A stretch of 64,000 nucleotides of DNA from Lingula anatina (Eukaryota > Animalia > Brachiopoda): the NCBI GenBank assembly GCA_051362555.1, contig CM120649.1:19544567-19608566 (forward strand), given 5' to 3'. This document shows positions 22,743 through 37,885 of the stretch, one piece after another; the first letter of the stretch is position 1, and the number at the start of each line of letters is the position of its first letter. The translations under genes and the position numbers were made by a program. The notes below the pieces were generated by a model. The model saw only the letters and a list, made by a program, of their open reading frames with translations, did not search any database and had not been told where the DNA came from.

Positions 22743-25731
22743 ATTGCTGTTTTATGTCTTACAGTACAACTTGGTATTTTTAATCAAAGGGCGACAGGTT
22801 GCTCACATGCAAATAAATGCAATGCGGGTACATTGGAAGGAATACATATAAACATATGAAACCAACACGCATATATATTTTTCTATAAGAGAACTCTGAT
22901 TGCGCTATTCAGGTACTACAGACATACCTCAACAGTTGCTCTACATGAACGTTTATCTTCATATATAATATCAATGACAAAATATAAAAAAGGTCTTTCT
23001 TTAGTGATGAAAAATGCTATTCTGAGCTCATAGGACAAGTGAAAGCTAAAGTAAACGCAGGTTTTCATTCTTCGTTGTGGTACAATTGTTGTTTCTTTTC
23101 TAGGCCAGTTTATACGAGTGCTATGAATACTCTTGCTTAAAATAATGGAATATTTCAAAAGAATATTGCATATGCTATTTTAATGGGTTTAATGTTAAAC
23201 TCCCTAAAAGATAATATTTTCAAACATGTCCTCTATTAACTCATATTGACAGCCACAAAAAATGAACGCTAACATGATCGGAGAAAAAATTCATTATTCT
23301 TCTATGCTTGTCAATTAAGTCTTATGATGCAGGTAGAGTGATAATAATTATCAAGTAAAATCAACTTGCCACGACAAATTGAAAAAAAAGGCGGGCTCAA
23401 TGAATTTGGTAGATTTGTCCTCCAGTTACTGGACACTTACTTGGACCGACAAGCTCTTGGATCTTGTTGGCTTGAATGGCCGGTGGGCTAAAACGTGCCT
23501 GGCGTGAACTCTTTACATGTTAGTTATGCTTTATTATATTCGTTAATATTCTTCCATGCTAGTTAACATTAGTTCAAGTAGCAACGGAGTTAGAATTATG
23601 AATAACATGCTTGTGATTTTTTTTTCAAAAGCAGTGCTAAACCACTATACGACTTAAAAAGAAATTTTATCTTAATTCATGCTGTTTTGATTTTTCAAAT
23701 TTCAGTTGAAGCTGCTCATTGATTATCTTAGTTCCCCTTCTCGTGCTGTTTTATACTTCTTTCCATTCGTACAAGAAAATATATGGAGCTTATATAATTA
23801 GACGGAAGAGAAAAAAGAAGCGGGCTAAAAACTAAGCGTTTTCTTTCTTTCATCTTTAACATTATGTCAGAATGAAGTGATTTAGGAAATGAGTTGCCAG
23901 TGTATTAGTCCAATTCAATATCATTTAAAGACCCGCAGAGACGCGTAGAAGTTAAAGACTCGTTTATCTGACACAGAGGTAAAGAACGCCAGTCGCCGCG
24001 TAATAAACTTAAGTCAACCTCACTAATTTGTAACTTAGATTGCCATTTTAAACTTCATATCATGACCTTGGAGTAGGAAGGTCGCCGCCATGTTAAACCC
24101 GTGGGTGCATTAATGTCGCTCCGTATGAAAATTATACCCGGCGTTATTTCCGGGATTGGATGACGTAATTCTTCCTGGTGACAGAACAGACCTTTTTAAA
24201 CATATTTTCTAATTGCCTAATAAATTTATGACCATATTTTTCGGTCTACCCAATATTTTAACAAGTTCGCCTTTGACGTAACGACCCCAGTGGCGTTTAC
24301 AAATGATTAAAACCACCGGTGCACAATGCAGTGACTTCTTTATTTTTTAAAGACAAATGGAAAATGAATGAAGTCATCTTAATGTACGCCTTTATTGAAA
24401 ATGTGACTGCATGTTATTTACCAGCGCGTAAAAAAATAAATAAATAAAAAGAGTTTTATAGACGTAAAAGGATCATGAAAACATCCTCCGGGTAGAGAGG
24501 GTGCATGTATTAGCTGTGTGTTTAGACATGTATATTTTTAAAGCAGCTGACGTCACTGCAGGGAAGTTTAAGGTCTGCGTTCTCTGACTCATCTTCTTAG
24601 CGACTGGTGGGTTTTAAGAACCGCGTTTCCAGTGAAGCTGGTCCTACCTCACTCACTCACAATCTTTGTCCCCAGACTGACTGGTCAAGATCAGTACAGA
24701 GCAGGTGGCCAGTTGAACGGGGGGTGGGGGTGGGGGGGAGGTCAACGACTCGTCGGTTATATTAGGTATTCTTTAATGACAATTTTACGCCATTCTGGGC
24801 TGAGTAAAAATGTACAGAGATAATTAAAAAGAACATACATACATACATACATACATACATACACGCTTACATACTGGGCTGTCAGTTACACAAAATCTTG
24901 AGATTATCAAACTTTCTATTTCATTGGAATATGAGCGTTAACAGCAAGCTGGGCAGTCTTTTCAATAACGTTACAGGGTGCAGCATGAATGATAGTTCTA
25001 TAATTCTCGGGGCATAAGAGGGGTTTAGCCACTACCAGAGCCTCGGTTATTATTATGTGGGCATTTTCTCTGAGGCAGTACAGTGCAGAAATAACCGTGG
25101 ATTTAACCAGAGACATATATGTGAATATCTAGTGAAAAAATTATCTGCAGCCCTGGTAGAGGGGGGGGGGGGGTACAGTTACGGCTGAAAAGGGATGAAC
25201 CAAGGCTGGTCGTCTTAAGTTGACTGTAAACGTGGCTGCAGTGAGGATATACTACTACCGCAGATACAAAACCAGCGGGACTGGTGTTCGCGGGTTTGAT
25301 ACAGACGCTGGTGCTTCATTCAGTCTACTAACAAGCCAGGATTAATATCCTGGTTTGTCTACATATAACGTTGACTTCTCGAAGTTTTATCCAGGATTTC
25401 AGTATTGTACGGACGCTGTCATTCTGTTCGGACTCACGGTGCAGTCGGTAAATGCAGATTCCAAAGACAGGAGAAATAGTGCAACACAAGGTGGAAGCTG
25501 TCTGTATTTTATAACAAGGTGAGTTATTTATTGTGATTTATTTTTAATTATCAGTATCATTGTAATCATATATTTTTATCATCACCATATGTTGGCCATC
25601 AGCGTTTGGTACAGACGTAAAGAAGGATCAAAAACTAAAATATTCTGAATATCGACAGATTTCGTTGTCTCGTGCCAGCGCTAACAGCCTATTGAGTAAT
25701 TTTTTGTATCGGGATGAGGGAGGAGGGGTAA

Positions 25732-25799
<68 letters not shown>

Positions 25800-26393
25800 T
25801 AACCGGCATCGACAACAAAGATATATATTTATTATATATAGCTTTATTATATAATAAAGAAATATATATCTATTTAGCTTTTGAAAAAGAAATAGAAAAA
25901 GAAAGAATACTTGACATTAGAGTAAAGCCTTGATAGAACCACATTTTAATAGCATGTACATATTGTGACAGCGATATTTCAGAAACCTCATTTGACTACA
26001 TGACCTGTCGGCAACGGGTGTAGGGTTTCTGTTTATTTCTCAAGGATCAATCGACTTCGCCTTTGTTGACCTTTCACTGACATTTCGTGCACCGCAGCTG
26101 AAGGAACGCGTAGAACTTGAAGCGTTTATAAACAGTGCAGTACAGAGGGGTTCAAGTGGACGTTTCTTAACTCTGTCCGCAGGGTGCGTTAGAAGTCTGT
26201 TATAAAAAAATTTTATTATAATACTATTTTAGGAGCCCTTTACTTCTCAAAACATTAAAGTTTACCTTAAGGGAACAAAAATAATTAGATAGGCCAATTT
26301 ATTATTAATGGTACAAATTGGGTGATTTTGTCTCTCTTAAAGAAAAAAAAACACGAGAAAAAAGGTTGTTTCGTTTTGTAAAAAGAGGTATAA

Positions 26394-26608
26394 GAGGGCA
26401 TTCCCAGAGATTTAGATCGATCTTACTAGATCGACCTAACTCCCTGGGGGTTCACGCTAACTTGCAGTCAGCCGACCGCGCATGGAAGTTAATTACCCCC
26501 TTACAGCTTGTAGTAGGCGGGACGGACATTTAAGCCGGATTATCTGACAGTAATCTAGTGAGACTCCCCACGGGGATAGATCGATCTAAAATATATGGGA
26601 ATGCGCCC
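26394..26608 (+). mobile_element. MITE family 1, copy D
   Basis: TAA TSD; TIRs GAGGGCATTCCC...GGGAATGCGCCC; same core. Confidence 0.87.
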
Positions 26609-28068
26609 TAAGAAACAGAAAAAACCAGCTCGACAAAAATTCCTTGGCAACACTGGTAATTAAAACTTACACACAGTTAAGTCTGACTGTTGCGAATATG
26701 AAGGAGGTGTCGGCGGGTAAGTGTTGCCCTGCTAATGCATACATTTAGGTTATGATATAAAATGTTTTTGATTCTGCCGAGAAAAGTGCTCCCCTCGTGG
26801 CCCCGGCTTAGCCCATCCGGACAGGACCAAACCACAGAAAAATCGCCCGGGAACGACAGAAAATGAAACTGGACGTTATCATGGTCCTGTGGTGTAACTG
26901 CACAGAGCACCCATAGTGTTAAAATACTCGCATGACGTCCTCCATGCTGTTCTCATCATCTGAGATTTTATCATATAGACGCATTTAGTGAAGTGCTTTC
27001 CCCAGTTTCGAGGGTTTCGAGGGTTAGTGCTATGGGTGCGCTTACAGTCCCGTTGTAACGGCTTGGCGTAATATCGCGCTGTCACAGTGGGTCATGTTTA
27101 TAAGGTGAGGCTACTAAAAATTTAAAGACGGCATAAGAGTGTGTAGTCAGACAGACAGACGGACAGACAGACAGACAGAAATATGTTAGATAGATCTCAC
27201 ATACGTATGGAATTAGCTACTGGTGATTATTTCTGTGGGTATTTATGGATTTAAATGGGCTGGAATTATCACGTTAAGTGTCGCGAGATGCAGTTATTTT
27301 TTAAAATACCTTTTTTCGTTAATGTTGGACGAAAATTAAAATGCACAAAAATCACCGTCGATTTTGCTTTCCTATGGTGGGACTAGCGCGGCTACATATC
27401 CAACCCATGTTGTCTAAACGGCACTCGCTTCAGACTATTCTTAAACATTTAAGTTTTTTTTCTATCTTCCTTATCTATCTTGAATCTAATTCCACGCTAT
27501 CATTTCCCATCCGGTTTTCTTTTAAACTCACAGGCCTCCCGTGCTGTCTCATAAAAACTCCCCTCCTTATCGCGGCGTTTAATCTCGCTGTCGCAGTATC
27601 GGTGCCTTTGATGCCGGGTTAAAACGCTTCCTATCTCATCCTCGTGCTCCCCGTTCTCGGTCTAGCACGACTTTCCAACGGGTGAGTACCTCTCACACGC
27701 TATGGTGTATGACTTTTGTTATTTCTTAACAATTGATGTTTTTTTATCTTCCTGATGGGAAGCTTGTAGAGGCCTATTTCTGAAAAGTGCCTCGGGTGAC
27801 CGCTGGTATTAATAGAGGTGACAATGAACCTCAATAGAATCGCTCGAGAAGTTTGTCAGGGGTTTTAGTTTTATAAACTTCATGTCATAAATTTAGGATT
27901 TCATGTTTTTAAATTGTTTCTAAATAAATGTATCCAGTATATTTTTTAGAATTTTGTTTTAATCTTTATTTTCAGTTGAGTTAATTTTGTCTTCGATAAT
28001 AATAATAATAATACTAATAAATACAAAATAAATAACAATAAAATTAAAGAAACGAAAGTAGTTTCGTG

Positions 28069-28145
<77 letters not shown>

Positions 28146-30352
28146 GAGGTCTGTTTGTGTGATCATATTTTACTACTTGCCTGCAAGTGCATAATAACGG
28201 TACTAATAATAATGCGTAACGTCACACCACTGAACACCTGTTGACAAAAAACCACCGGAAGTCGACATGAATCACGTGACACGTCATACTCCGTGATAGA
28301 AATACACTTGTAGCAAATTGCTGGAAGACATGGAACTAAATCAAACAATTGATTCAATCATTTGTAGACCGTGTTCTATGTACGTTTACGATAATTATGA
28401 TACAAAACATGAGAAGATGCAATTTACTTGAGTGCTACCGGTGGTGAACTTGACCGAGCCAGAAACAGAATGCGACGCTTATAAAAATGAATAGAAAAAA
28501 AATCACATAGAAAGGTTACATAGTTTACTCTTTATTGTTTGGTTTATTTATTTATTTATTTGCATAAACTGTACTTATGAACGCTACGTTTTCGCATCTA
28601 CTGCCAGTGGTAACGACTGATCTATTCACCAAAATTATTATAATTAGTTAATTTATTATTCATTTTTTTAAATTTTAACTGCCGTTTTACAGTACGAATA
28701 CATATCAGTCACGCACAGACGCGCGTGCGCACACACATATACAGAGAGAGAGAGAGAGAAGTCTAGATTGAAATCTTTCTTTTGGTGTTTTCTGTTTGTT
28801 CCTGGTCCACACACGTACCGTATCATATCACCATGTTTGTCCACTGAAAATAAACTGTTACGTGCCATTATATTATGCCCGCACACCCACACACTTAGCC
28901 GCTACGACTCCCCTCCCGACAGAACAAACACCGCTGCGGTCCCTCTTCTAAATATAACGCTGGTATAAGTGACAGTGTAAATGCTAGCGGGATTACTAGT
29001 ATAGCGGGACTCGAGTGGGAACAGATACCAGTGAGGAATACCTGTGTGTTGTACAGGTTGTAATACTGCGTGGAATAGAATGGAATAGAACGGAAGGTGT
29101 TTTCAGTTCATTGAACAGGTAGGCCTATGTACGGGTAAATAGTAAAGAGAAATGGTGGGGGAAGCAGGCAATGAAAATGACGGGCGGGGGTAGGAGAGAG
29201 AGAGAGGGGGATGGGGGCGTTCGACGGAAAGTCAAGCACTAAGACAGCCAGATAGGCGCGAACTTGGAGTCTAAAATGCTGAGATTAGATTACAGTATTA
29301 AACATAACAGTCATGATATAATCCACACAGTCGAATCCCAAGCTTAAGGAGCGCCAATAAAAGCACTGAAAAAATATGGATAAATAACTCAAACCCGACA
29401 TGAAGAGAAATAGGATGTCCGCCGTTGTCTGCTGTGGCATGATATCATAATATGGGGTGGGATAGTCCGGACGTGGTAAAAATATGAGATACACATCGAA
29501 ATATGCGTCCACAAAGTTTTTAATAACAACTGGATGATAAATATGTGGTAGACCCTGCTTCAGATGACTTTTGCTTTCTCTTTTAACACATTCGATCAGT
29601 CCATTTTAAGGTGTGAAATGAATATTATGAGATGTAAGTTTACCCGAAATCGTTCAATATTTAATCGAGGATTATATGACATGAGAGACAGTGTTTTGAT
29701 GTATCTTGTCTAGCGTGAGTCATATTACAGATAAATGCCTATTTTTACAAGGGCAGTTTTATTTTCGCCGCTTGGTCAATCCAACTTCTGTAAAATAGAT
29801 ATGATGATTTTGGTGTTTACTCAAAATTCTATAATATCAAAACCGAGCGATTTATTTCAATAAAGACTCATAACTAAACAGATGTTTATGATAAAAAACA
29901 GATTCTACTGTTGAATAAATAAGTAAAAAAGATTAAAAAAAAAAACGCCATCAGGAAGGATTGAGTTGTCAAGCCTATGGTTAAGTTGTCATATTTCAGT
30001 TCGTGGTTCAGTTCCGTTGTCTGGTGATTAATTTCATGAATGAAGAAAGGAAAACGCTAAGCACCGATGTGCATGTCGTATCGTAATAAGGTGGTTTCGA
30101 AACTAAAGAAGGGTTTCACCTGTAATGGTTACCTTAGCCTCCTATCGCTGTATATTATCTCTATGTAATGACCCAGGTGGTATATGGGTATTAATATGTT
30201 CATTGTTAATGTTCAGGGGGCTCTCGTGCCGGTAGTACGGGGTCGTATTTTCCGGAACCTCTCAATTACCTCCCTGTTAACTAATGAAGGAAGAGGAGGA
30301 CAGGGGCAAGGACTGGCGGGCTTTAAGGAGAGCATGCACACAATATTGCGCC

Positions 30353-30585
30353 CTCTCTCTCTCTCTCTCTCTAACACACACACACACACACACTCATACA
30401 ACACCCGCTCTCTCTCTCTCTCTCTCTCACACACATCCACACATTAACACACAAACACACACACGTGAACATACCAAAAATATTGAAGCCGGAAGTCATT
30501 TTTCTGTGCTCACACATCACCGCCTCAGGAACCGAACGACATACATGTAGAAGTCTAACTAATATAATAAGTTGATGAGCACACC

Positions 30586-30635
<50 letters not shown>

Positions 30636-30657
30636 CTCACACACACACACGCACACA

Positions 30658-30698
<41 letters not shown>

Positions 30699-30700
30699 GA
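30353..30700. repeat. Compound (CT)n/(CA)n/(GA)n microsatellites
   Basis: Directly visible. Confidence 0.9.
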
Positions 30701-33700
30701 GACCCCCAGACATATAGACAAACATACACACACAGACACCACCTACACAAATACCCCAAAATATCAGCGTACCAGACATCTCCAGTGCAGTGACCGGGCA
30801 CCTGTCGCAGTCAACCTAACTGTCACCAAGTGATGTCACGTCTATGACAAGTCTCGACAGAAGCCCCGCCCTTCCGTCACTCTAGACTGATGTCCACTTG
30901 ACACTGACGTGGTCTTTGTACGCGACGTGCATGTGAAATTAAAACACTTTATTTTCTCTTCTCTGAGTCACACGACTGGCGTTTATCTAATTACCTCGTG
31001 ATAAAATAAATAAAAATAAATTGACCATCATGTTTATCGACAAAACTTTCTTTTCCGTTTTTATCGAAAATATTAAACAATTGAATGCACATATTTTTTG
31101 TACGAAAGATACATAAACATACGCTTGAAATTTCCTCTCAATTTGAAAGCGCAGATATGGTAAATCCTCTTCCTAAATCTTCAGACTTAACATTCAAGTC
31201 CAAACGCTAGAAAAAGAATGAAAAAAAAACACAATATTTAGAAATGCTGACAAATTTTCAAATCAGGTTCGTATACGTTGGAGACAGCGTAAAGTGACAT
31301 AACAGTTGAACTCTGTGTCTGACACATTTGTTTCCACTTAGATATAAATAGTGGCTTATCATGAATAGTTACCTTACGTGCACATACGTAATTTAGTAAC
31401 GATATTTCATGATTCTGATTATTGTTTCTGCTCTCAGTGAAGCGGAGATGAAGTGTAGGCACAGCTAGCTTTGGGAGGACATTTCTTGTGATCCTGTTGA
31501 CAAGTAGGTGCATTAAATCTTTATTAAGTATCTAGCGTAAAGAACATTAGTTGGTTGGATAGAAACGTGGTTAACTCCAAGGACGGTGAATAGATTTTAA
31601 TAGAAAAGATGTAGGTTGTTGGTTGGTCATCAGTGTATCGACCGGTTAAATTGCTGCATTAACAATGGTGGTCGCTCGGCCGTCCATGTTTTTACACGTA
31701 GCGCGCCCCTTTAATAGGGCGAACCTTAAAAAAAAAAAACATTAAGAGTCGATGTCGCCATTTTCATTTTGAAAACTTGGGTTGTCGCACGGCGGCTTTG
31801 TGTGGTTTCCCCACCGCGCGCCTCTCTGCCTAGGTGGTAGTGTGTAGTGTGGGCGGAAACGCGACACTGTTTTCTACAGGTGTATGTATGTATATGCAGG
31901 CAGGTAGAGAGGGCTGGAAAGTCCCTTTAAGTTAAACTTACCTGGTTAACGCGTGATGTAGCGTCCTACTCACCACACAGAGAGCGTGCACTACCATTAC
32001 CATCGTCATTCTGTGGGAGAGATTTACGACCTCTTAACAAGTCGCTGTCTGGATATTTATAAAGGTTTTAAGCACGCCGAGGCCGGAAATATAAACTTGA
32101 TGGTCCTTTGCAGTGGAATAACGTCCCGCAGGTAAGTCGTATAGAGCGGCGATGATCAGTTGTGTTGACGTGGTCCAGTGTCAGGTTTTAGGCTAACATG
32201 GCTGAGAGAGGCAGACACCAGCTGGCGATCTGGGAGGGTTTTTAACATCTTTTTCGCGGTGGTTCAATTTGCGTCGTGTTGATGGTGTTTTAAGAGAGAG
32301 AGAGCCGAGTGCGCTGCTCGTACAGCGTGAACTAGAGAACTTGAGGGACTTGACGGTAACGATTTTAAAAACAGGATTAGCCGAACTCTTCGTCGTTTGG
32401 TGAGTGGTCGTTCCGTATGTTTTAACTGTACGTAGATGATTTGTGGTTGAAGTGTTGAAGTGTCAGAAACGAGTGCGTCTGTAACTTGAAACTTTGATCT
32501 TTGATGTTTTTAAACGTGGCGTATGAATGAATACCCATGGCCATCTGGTTGGTGGAACATACACTGAGGCTTACATGTGCATGTGTGTGCGCGCACGCTT
32601 GGGTCGACTCCATCAAAGGTGGAGGGCTCTATATGTCGGCATGTGGGCTAATGACAGTGACGTGAACGCTCAAGCGCTCACAGTCATGCCGCAGAGTGAA
32701 ACCCATTTGGTTCAATATTTTCACAAACTAATACGGTTGAGATGGAAGAATTCTTTATATATCATAAAAAAACTAAAGAGTTTAGTCGCACTGTAGAGTG
32801 AGACAGGAGTCAGTTTAGTTTTTACCCTCTGGGCACGACAGCGACCATTGTTGTGGGCTCAGCACCCGACATTAACTGCACGACGCGTGAAGGCTTCGGC
32901 GTCGTGGGATTGTTACGTTAAACAGTAGCTGTATTACAGCGTCCCAAAAGCATGCCAATGTCTGACACGTTTTGGTGAAAACTAAGAGCTACATCATTTC
33001 TCGCTTAAAATAGTTTACTGAACCTTGACAGTGTAACGAAATACGTGCGCCAGTCTTATTACGACCCGGCGGGTAGGGAAGCGAGTGTTTTTGTTATGTC
33101 ACTCGTCAGTAGCTTGACATTGCGTCTTCATTAAGACCCCGTGTTGCATGATTAGGACGTACAACGGAAGCGTGTCACGTTAAGACAGATCTGTGCAATA
33201 TCTCTCCTGTACCCTGGTGTGCAGCGTGGTAAGGTTAGGACCACAGTGGTCTCATTGTATATTTGTTATAATTTGGTGAAACCCGGGGCTTTATAAAACA
33301 CTCCCCTTCCTCTACTATGAGCAATAGGCAGCGTGAATAGCATTATTGTGTTAAACCAGCACAACAAGTATCCTGTTTTTTTTTTTTTTTTTGGTTTCAA
33401 ACAACTGCAAAACCTGATACAAAAAAAAAAAAAAAAAAAAAAAAACCTTTGGCAACTCGTCTGTGGTTTGACCATTTTTTTTTGGGTTCTTGGTGGAGGA
33501 TACTCTCAAACTACTCTCTGAACACAGGATGCGCTAGTCGTCTGTCAAAAAAAAAAAAATTATTCTCGAAGCCCCTGATATCAGAGGGAACAGTCAAACG
33601 CGACGCGATCTTGGTCACTTGGAAGAGGGGGGGGGGGGGGGGGCAACGTAAGTGAAAATTAGTGTCGACATGTTGTGTGAACTAGTTTACACGTGTAGTT

Positions 33701-35490
33701 TTCTTGTCAACACGTACAACAACAGTGGCATGTTAGGAGCTGTTAATGCGAACAGGACGGGAGCACCGACATCTTAAAACATAAATTAGGAGATTAAGGG
33801 GCATTTTTAGCGACATCAATTATGAGATAAGAGGTGTATATCACTGCCCTGATCAGCGGCTGAGGGCACCTGTGCCTTCCACGAGGAGGTACCCCGAGTA
33901 ACCGACTGTGATTAGTTTGCTAATTGGAAAACTAATTACTTTCGGTACATTGACCAGTGCCCGTGTAGTTGTTGGCAACATATTGGCATTGAATAAATTC
34001 CCCGTATGGTTAGGACTTGGGGTACATAGACAGTGAAAGTTAGGGACTAAAACCCTGAGTATCAAAAATCGTAGGAAACTCTCCTCAGGGTGCGGTATAA
34101 AAACACGGAAGAAAGTCGGCGGTTTTGGCGTTGAAACTGTAAACTGACTATGGGCGCTTGCAAGGTACCCCCTTATACAAATAGTTCAACAGATAAATGC
34201 AAAATGAAAAAAAACTCGAGTTTTCGATGCTGTAAACAAAATGATGATGCATCCAGTCATGTATTAAAACCTAGCTAACAACACATGATCAGGAGGGCGC
34301 GCTTCTATATTCCGAGGGTCCATATCACCGACATGATGGCCGCAGTAGCGTGCGATTTTTATATACAATTCTGGCCTGGAGATATGAAAGATACGTATGC
34401 TCTTCGTATAGTAGGTGGCTGTAGCGTTAAAGGTCAAGCCGGGTGGGTGTTAGATCAGGTGTATGTAAGTGTAGACAGGTGAGCAGTTAGATGCTTGGTT
34501 GCCCTCTTATGTCAGGTACAGGATACAAAATAAAAGTATGATATTATAACAGCCCTCTAAAGCACCCTGTGGTCGCAGAGTAATTCAGGACTGGTTCTTG
34601 GGGTACATGAAGGAGGCTTCCAGGAGCCCCAGTTGTCACTTTTGCCGTTATTTTTTAGAACACTATTAGACATTATGCGAAATGAATTCAATATCGAGCA
34701 CTTTGTGTATGTAATTATGAGAAGGTCAGAGGATAGAGTTTTAGCGGGGGTTGGGGTAGGGTAGGGTTGGGCGCCAGGGGATCAGGTGTATAGGTGGCCT
34801 GGCGTTTGTGCTGCGATCTTTCAGATATCTGATTGTAATAGTTGCTTCATTTGAAAGTTCCAATTAGATTTTCAGCCTCTCCATTGTATTTGTAGGCTCT
34901 ATATACTTAGGGGCCTATATCATTACGCGTGCAATAATGTTATATTGGTGTATTCTTGAGCGGTATTCACGGGATTAACTATCAGTTAAAAAGACAAGGG
35001 AGTTCTTTTAATGAAAATGTAGAGTTTTTACCCCTTCGGCTGACCCAAATTCAGCAGTCTAGATCACATTAATTTTGAATCAGAGCGGATATTTCGACCC
35101 CCCCCCCCCCCGGGGAATACGAGTGGAATCATTGCCAGGGCGGTGTGGGGTTCAAGTAAGGTAGAAAAGGCATCCATTCAGTTAACTTGTTTTACAAGTT
35201 TTGCGACACGTTTCAATGACGTCTGTAGTAAGCTTATATCCTAGGGGTTTCTATATGGTCAATATGACAGACAGCCTTCTCACTGTAGCTGGCGTGGGAG
35301 GCAATGTTTCGTAACCCCAATACAGCGGCAACCAAGCAAAAGAATGCGTGACGCGATTCAATTTTGTTCAAATTTGCCATAATCAGTAGGTCAGGTTATG
35401 AAGTCCTTGTGAAAGGAAGACGTTTGGGTTCTTGTTGTCGTGGATCATTTACAGTATATACACTTGGCCAGCCCTGGCTTTCAAAGGAGA

Positions 35491-35556
<66 letters not shown>

Positions 35557-37603
35557 GAGAGAAAGAGGGCGTGTGCGTGTTTTCTCACATGCGCAATGCC
35601 TCTGAGAAAAAAAATCCACGTAGCGTAAAACGACTCACGTGGCGGCCTATATCGGGATGGGGCATATTGGTGCGCCCTCAACCTCCCTCAGGGTTTCCAC
35701 AGCATATTAAACCATTTCCGTGTCAGTGCTATATGCCACACTCGTGCATCGGTCTAGGAATGTTTTTTACGACCTGTCTTCAGCCTGAGGCCGCCTAGGT
35801 GCTGAGATATGGTTTAAAAATTAACTGCCGGTGTAATGACAAAACATGGTTCACGCAGACGTTTGGTTCAATCAGGGCCGGTGTGACAGAAATGGTAGTC
35901 TGCTAGGAACCATGGTCCGTTCCCCATTACTTGGGTGATTTTTTTTCCGTATTGGTACATGTTGTAAAAGCTGGTTAAGTTTTACATATTGGAGAAGGGG
36001 AGGTTTGTACCCCGCCGTAATACTATTTTGGCATGACGCCGGTAATTGTCGAGTGGCGATATGCATTGAAATCCAACACGGTGCACACAAACGCAAGACA
36101 CGGCGGCACAGCTGTCATTGAGATCTGAACTGTTTTGAACTATTTTTGGCCAGCAAGGGAATACAAAGTCTGACTAAGAGGCGGACAGCAAGTTTTTCTA
36201 ACAGAGCGGGCTTCTTTTTGCAGCACCTAGCTGGTATTAAGCAATTATCAGGCGTGGATTTAGAAGTGGACGTGATATGTAGTGTTCTATGCAAGGAGTG
36301 TCGTACTGCACCAGAGGTAAGAATCATAACACGAAGCTGTTCGTGACTTTAAATTGAACATAATTCTAGAAACCCCCACAATAATAGTCTTAGCGTCTCG
36401 CAGTGCTACCGGTGCTAGGGCGCAGGAAGGGTTCTCGGGGAAAGAGATGAGGTGATATCACACCACAGGTCATATGTGCGCTTTTAATGTTTTGAAAAAT
36501 GGGTATGGAGGATGGTGACGCATAACTTTCAGAGGAAACTGTAAATATATATGGTGGGACACGCAGCTGTATCTACTGTCTTGAACCTTTTTGTCTCAGA
36601 CGGCCTCAAGGATTCCGAGACCAGAACAGTTTTGTATCCCAGAAAGACGGACGATTTTTGGGAATATATTGGATCTGGTTTTAACAACTCGATTTCACAA
36701 CTCGTTAAAGAAGGGCGCACGCAGTGCCATGACATGGCGTCCCACGACTAAAGGCACCCCTCACATATGTCTGATACGGCACGCACTCGTGAGTGGATGT
36801 TTTTAACTGTTTGGCTCCAAGTCGATAAACTGATAGTCGTGTTAAAAGTTTAATACATATGACGACACACGCTCCTGCTACAACATTAAGGCTTTAAAGT
36901 TTCTACGGCTGTTTATTGGGTCTTTTTTTTACCCTGGTTTTAGTTGAGACAAGTCGCGTGCAGTGTTGTTGGTCTGGGGAGAGGTCGCAGGTCGAACTTG
37001 AAGGTTCGGTATTAGGGGTAAAGGACAGGTTAAGTCCACTTGGCAGACACCTGTCAACGTGATATAATCCGCATTTCTTTCAATCTTCATCTCTCTCAAA
37101 AAAAAAAAAAAAAAAGGATTGATTACATCATACTGGCGAAGCTGATAAAATGCAGCTGATGAAATTCTTTAATTTCATTCTTTCTTTTACTAACAAAGCG
37201 GCCAAGGGAAGTCTGAGGATTATTCAGTGTTTTGAGTGTGTGGAATACTAAGGTAGGGTGTCGTAATAAGACAGGTTGTACTTTCACTATCGCTATAAAT
37301 GCGGAATAACAGACGCACGCGACTTCTTCGGTCCGTATTCTAGGCTCTCGTACAAGGTTAAGGAGTGACGTTCTGTTGGCCAGCTGTGTCTACAGTTAAT
37401 ACGAGATAAGAACGCGTGGTTATCTGGGGTACACAAAGTCAAGCGCTGATTAGGAATTGTTGGCTGTTTGTACTTACATTAAAATTTGTTCATAATGAGT
37501 CATGAAGTTGAGCCATTTAATCTACTTGGCAGGCTGACGTAGGTTGAATACCAACAGTTTGATTTCAAGTGGGTATTATTGAAATATGTAATATGTAACA
37601 ACC

Positions 37604-37604
<1 letters not shown>

Positions 37605-37681
<77 letters not shown>

Positions 37682-37733
37682 TCTCTCTCTCTCTCCCTCA
37701 CACACACACACACACACACCTCTCTCTCTCTCC

Positions 37734-37764
<31 letters not shown>

Positions 37765-37774
37765 CTCTCTCCCC

Positions 37775-37807
<33 letters not shown>

Positions 37808-37830
37808 TCTCTCTCACACACACACACACA

Positions 37831-37869
<39 letters not shown>

Positions 37870-37885
37870 TCTCTCTCTCTCTCTC
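37605..37885. repeat. Compound (CT)n/(CA)n microsatellite
   Basis: Directly visible. Confidence 0.95.
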
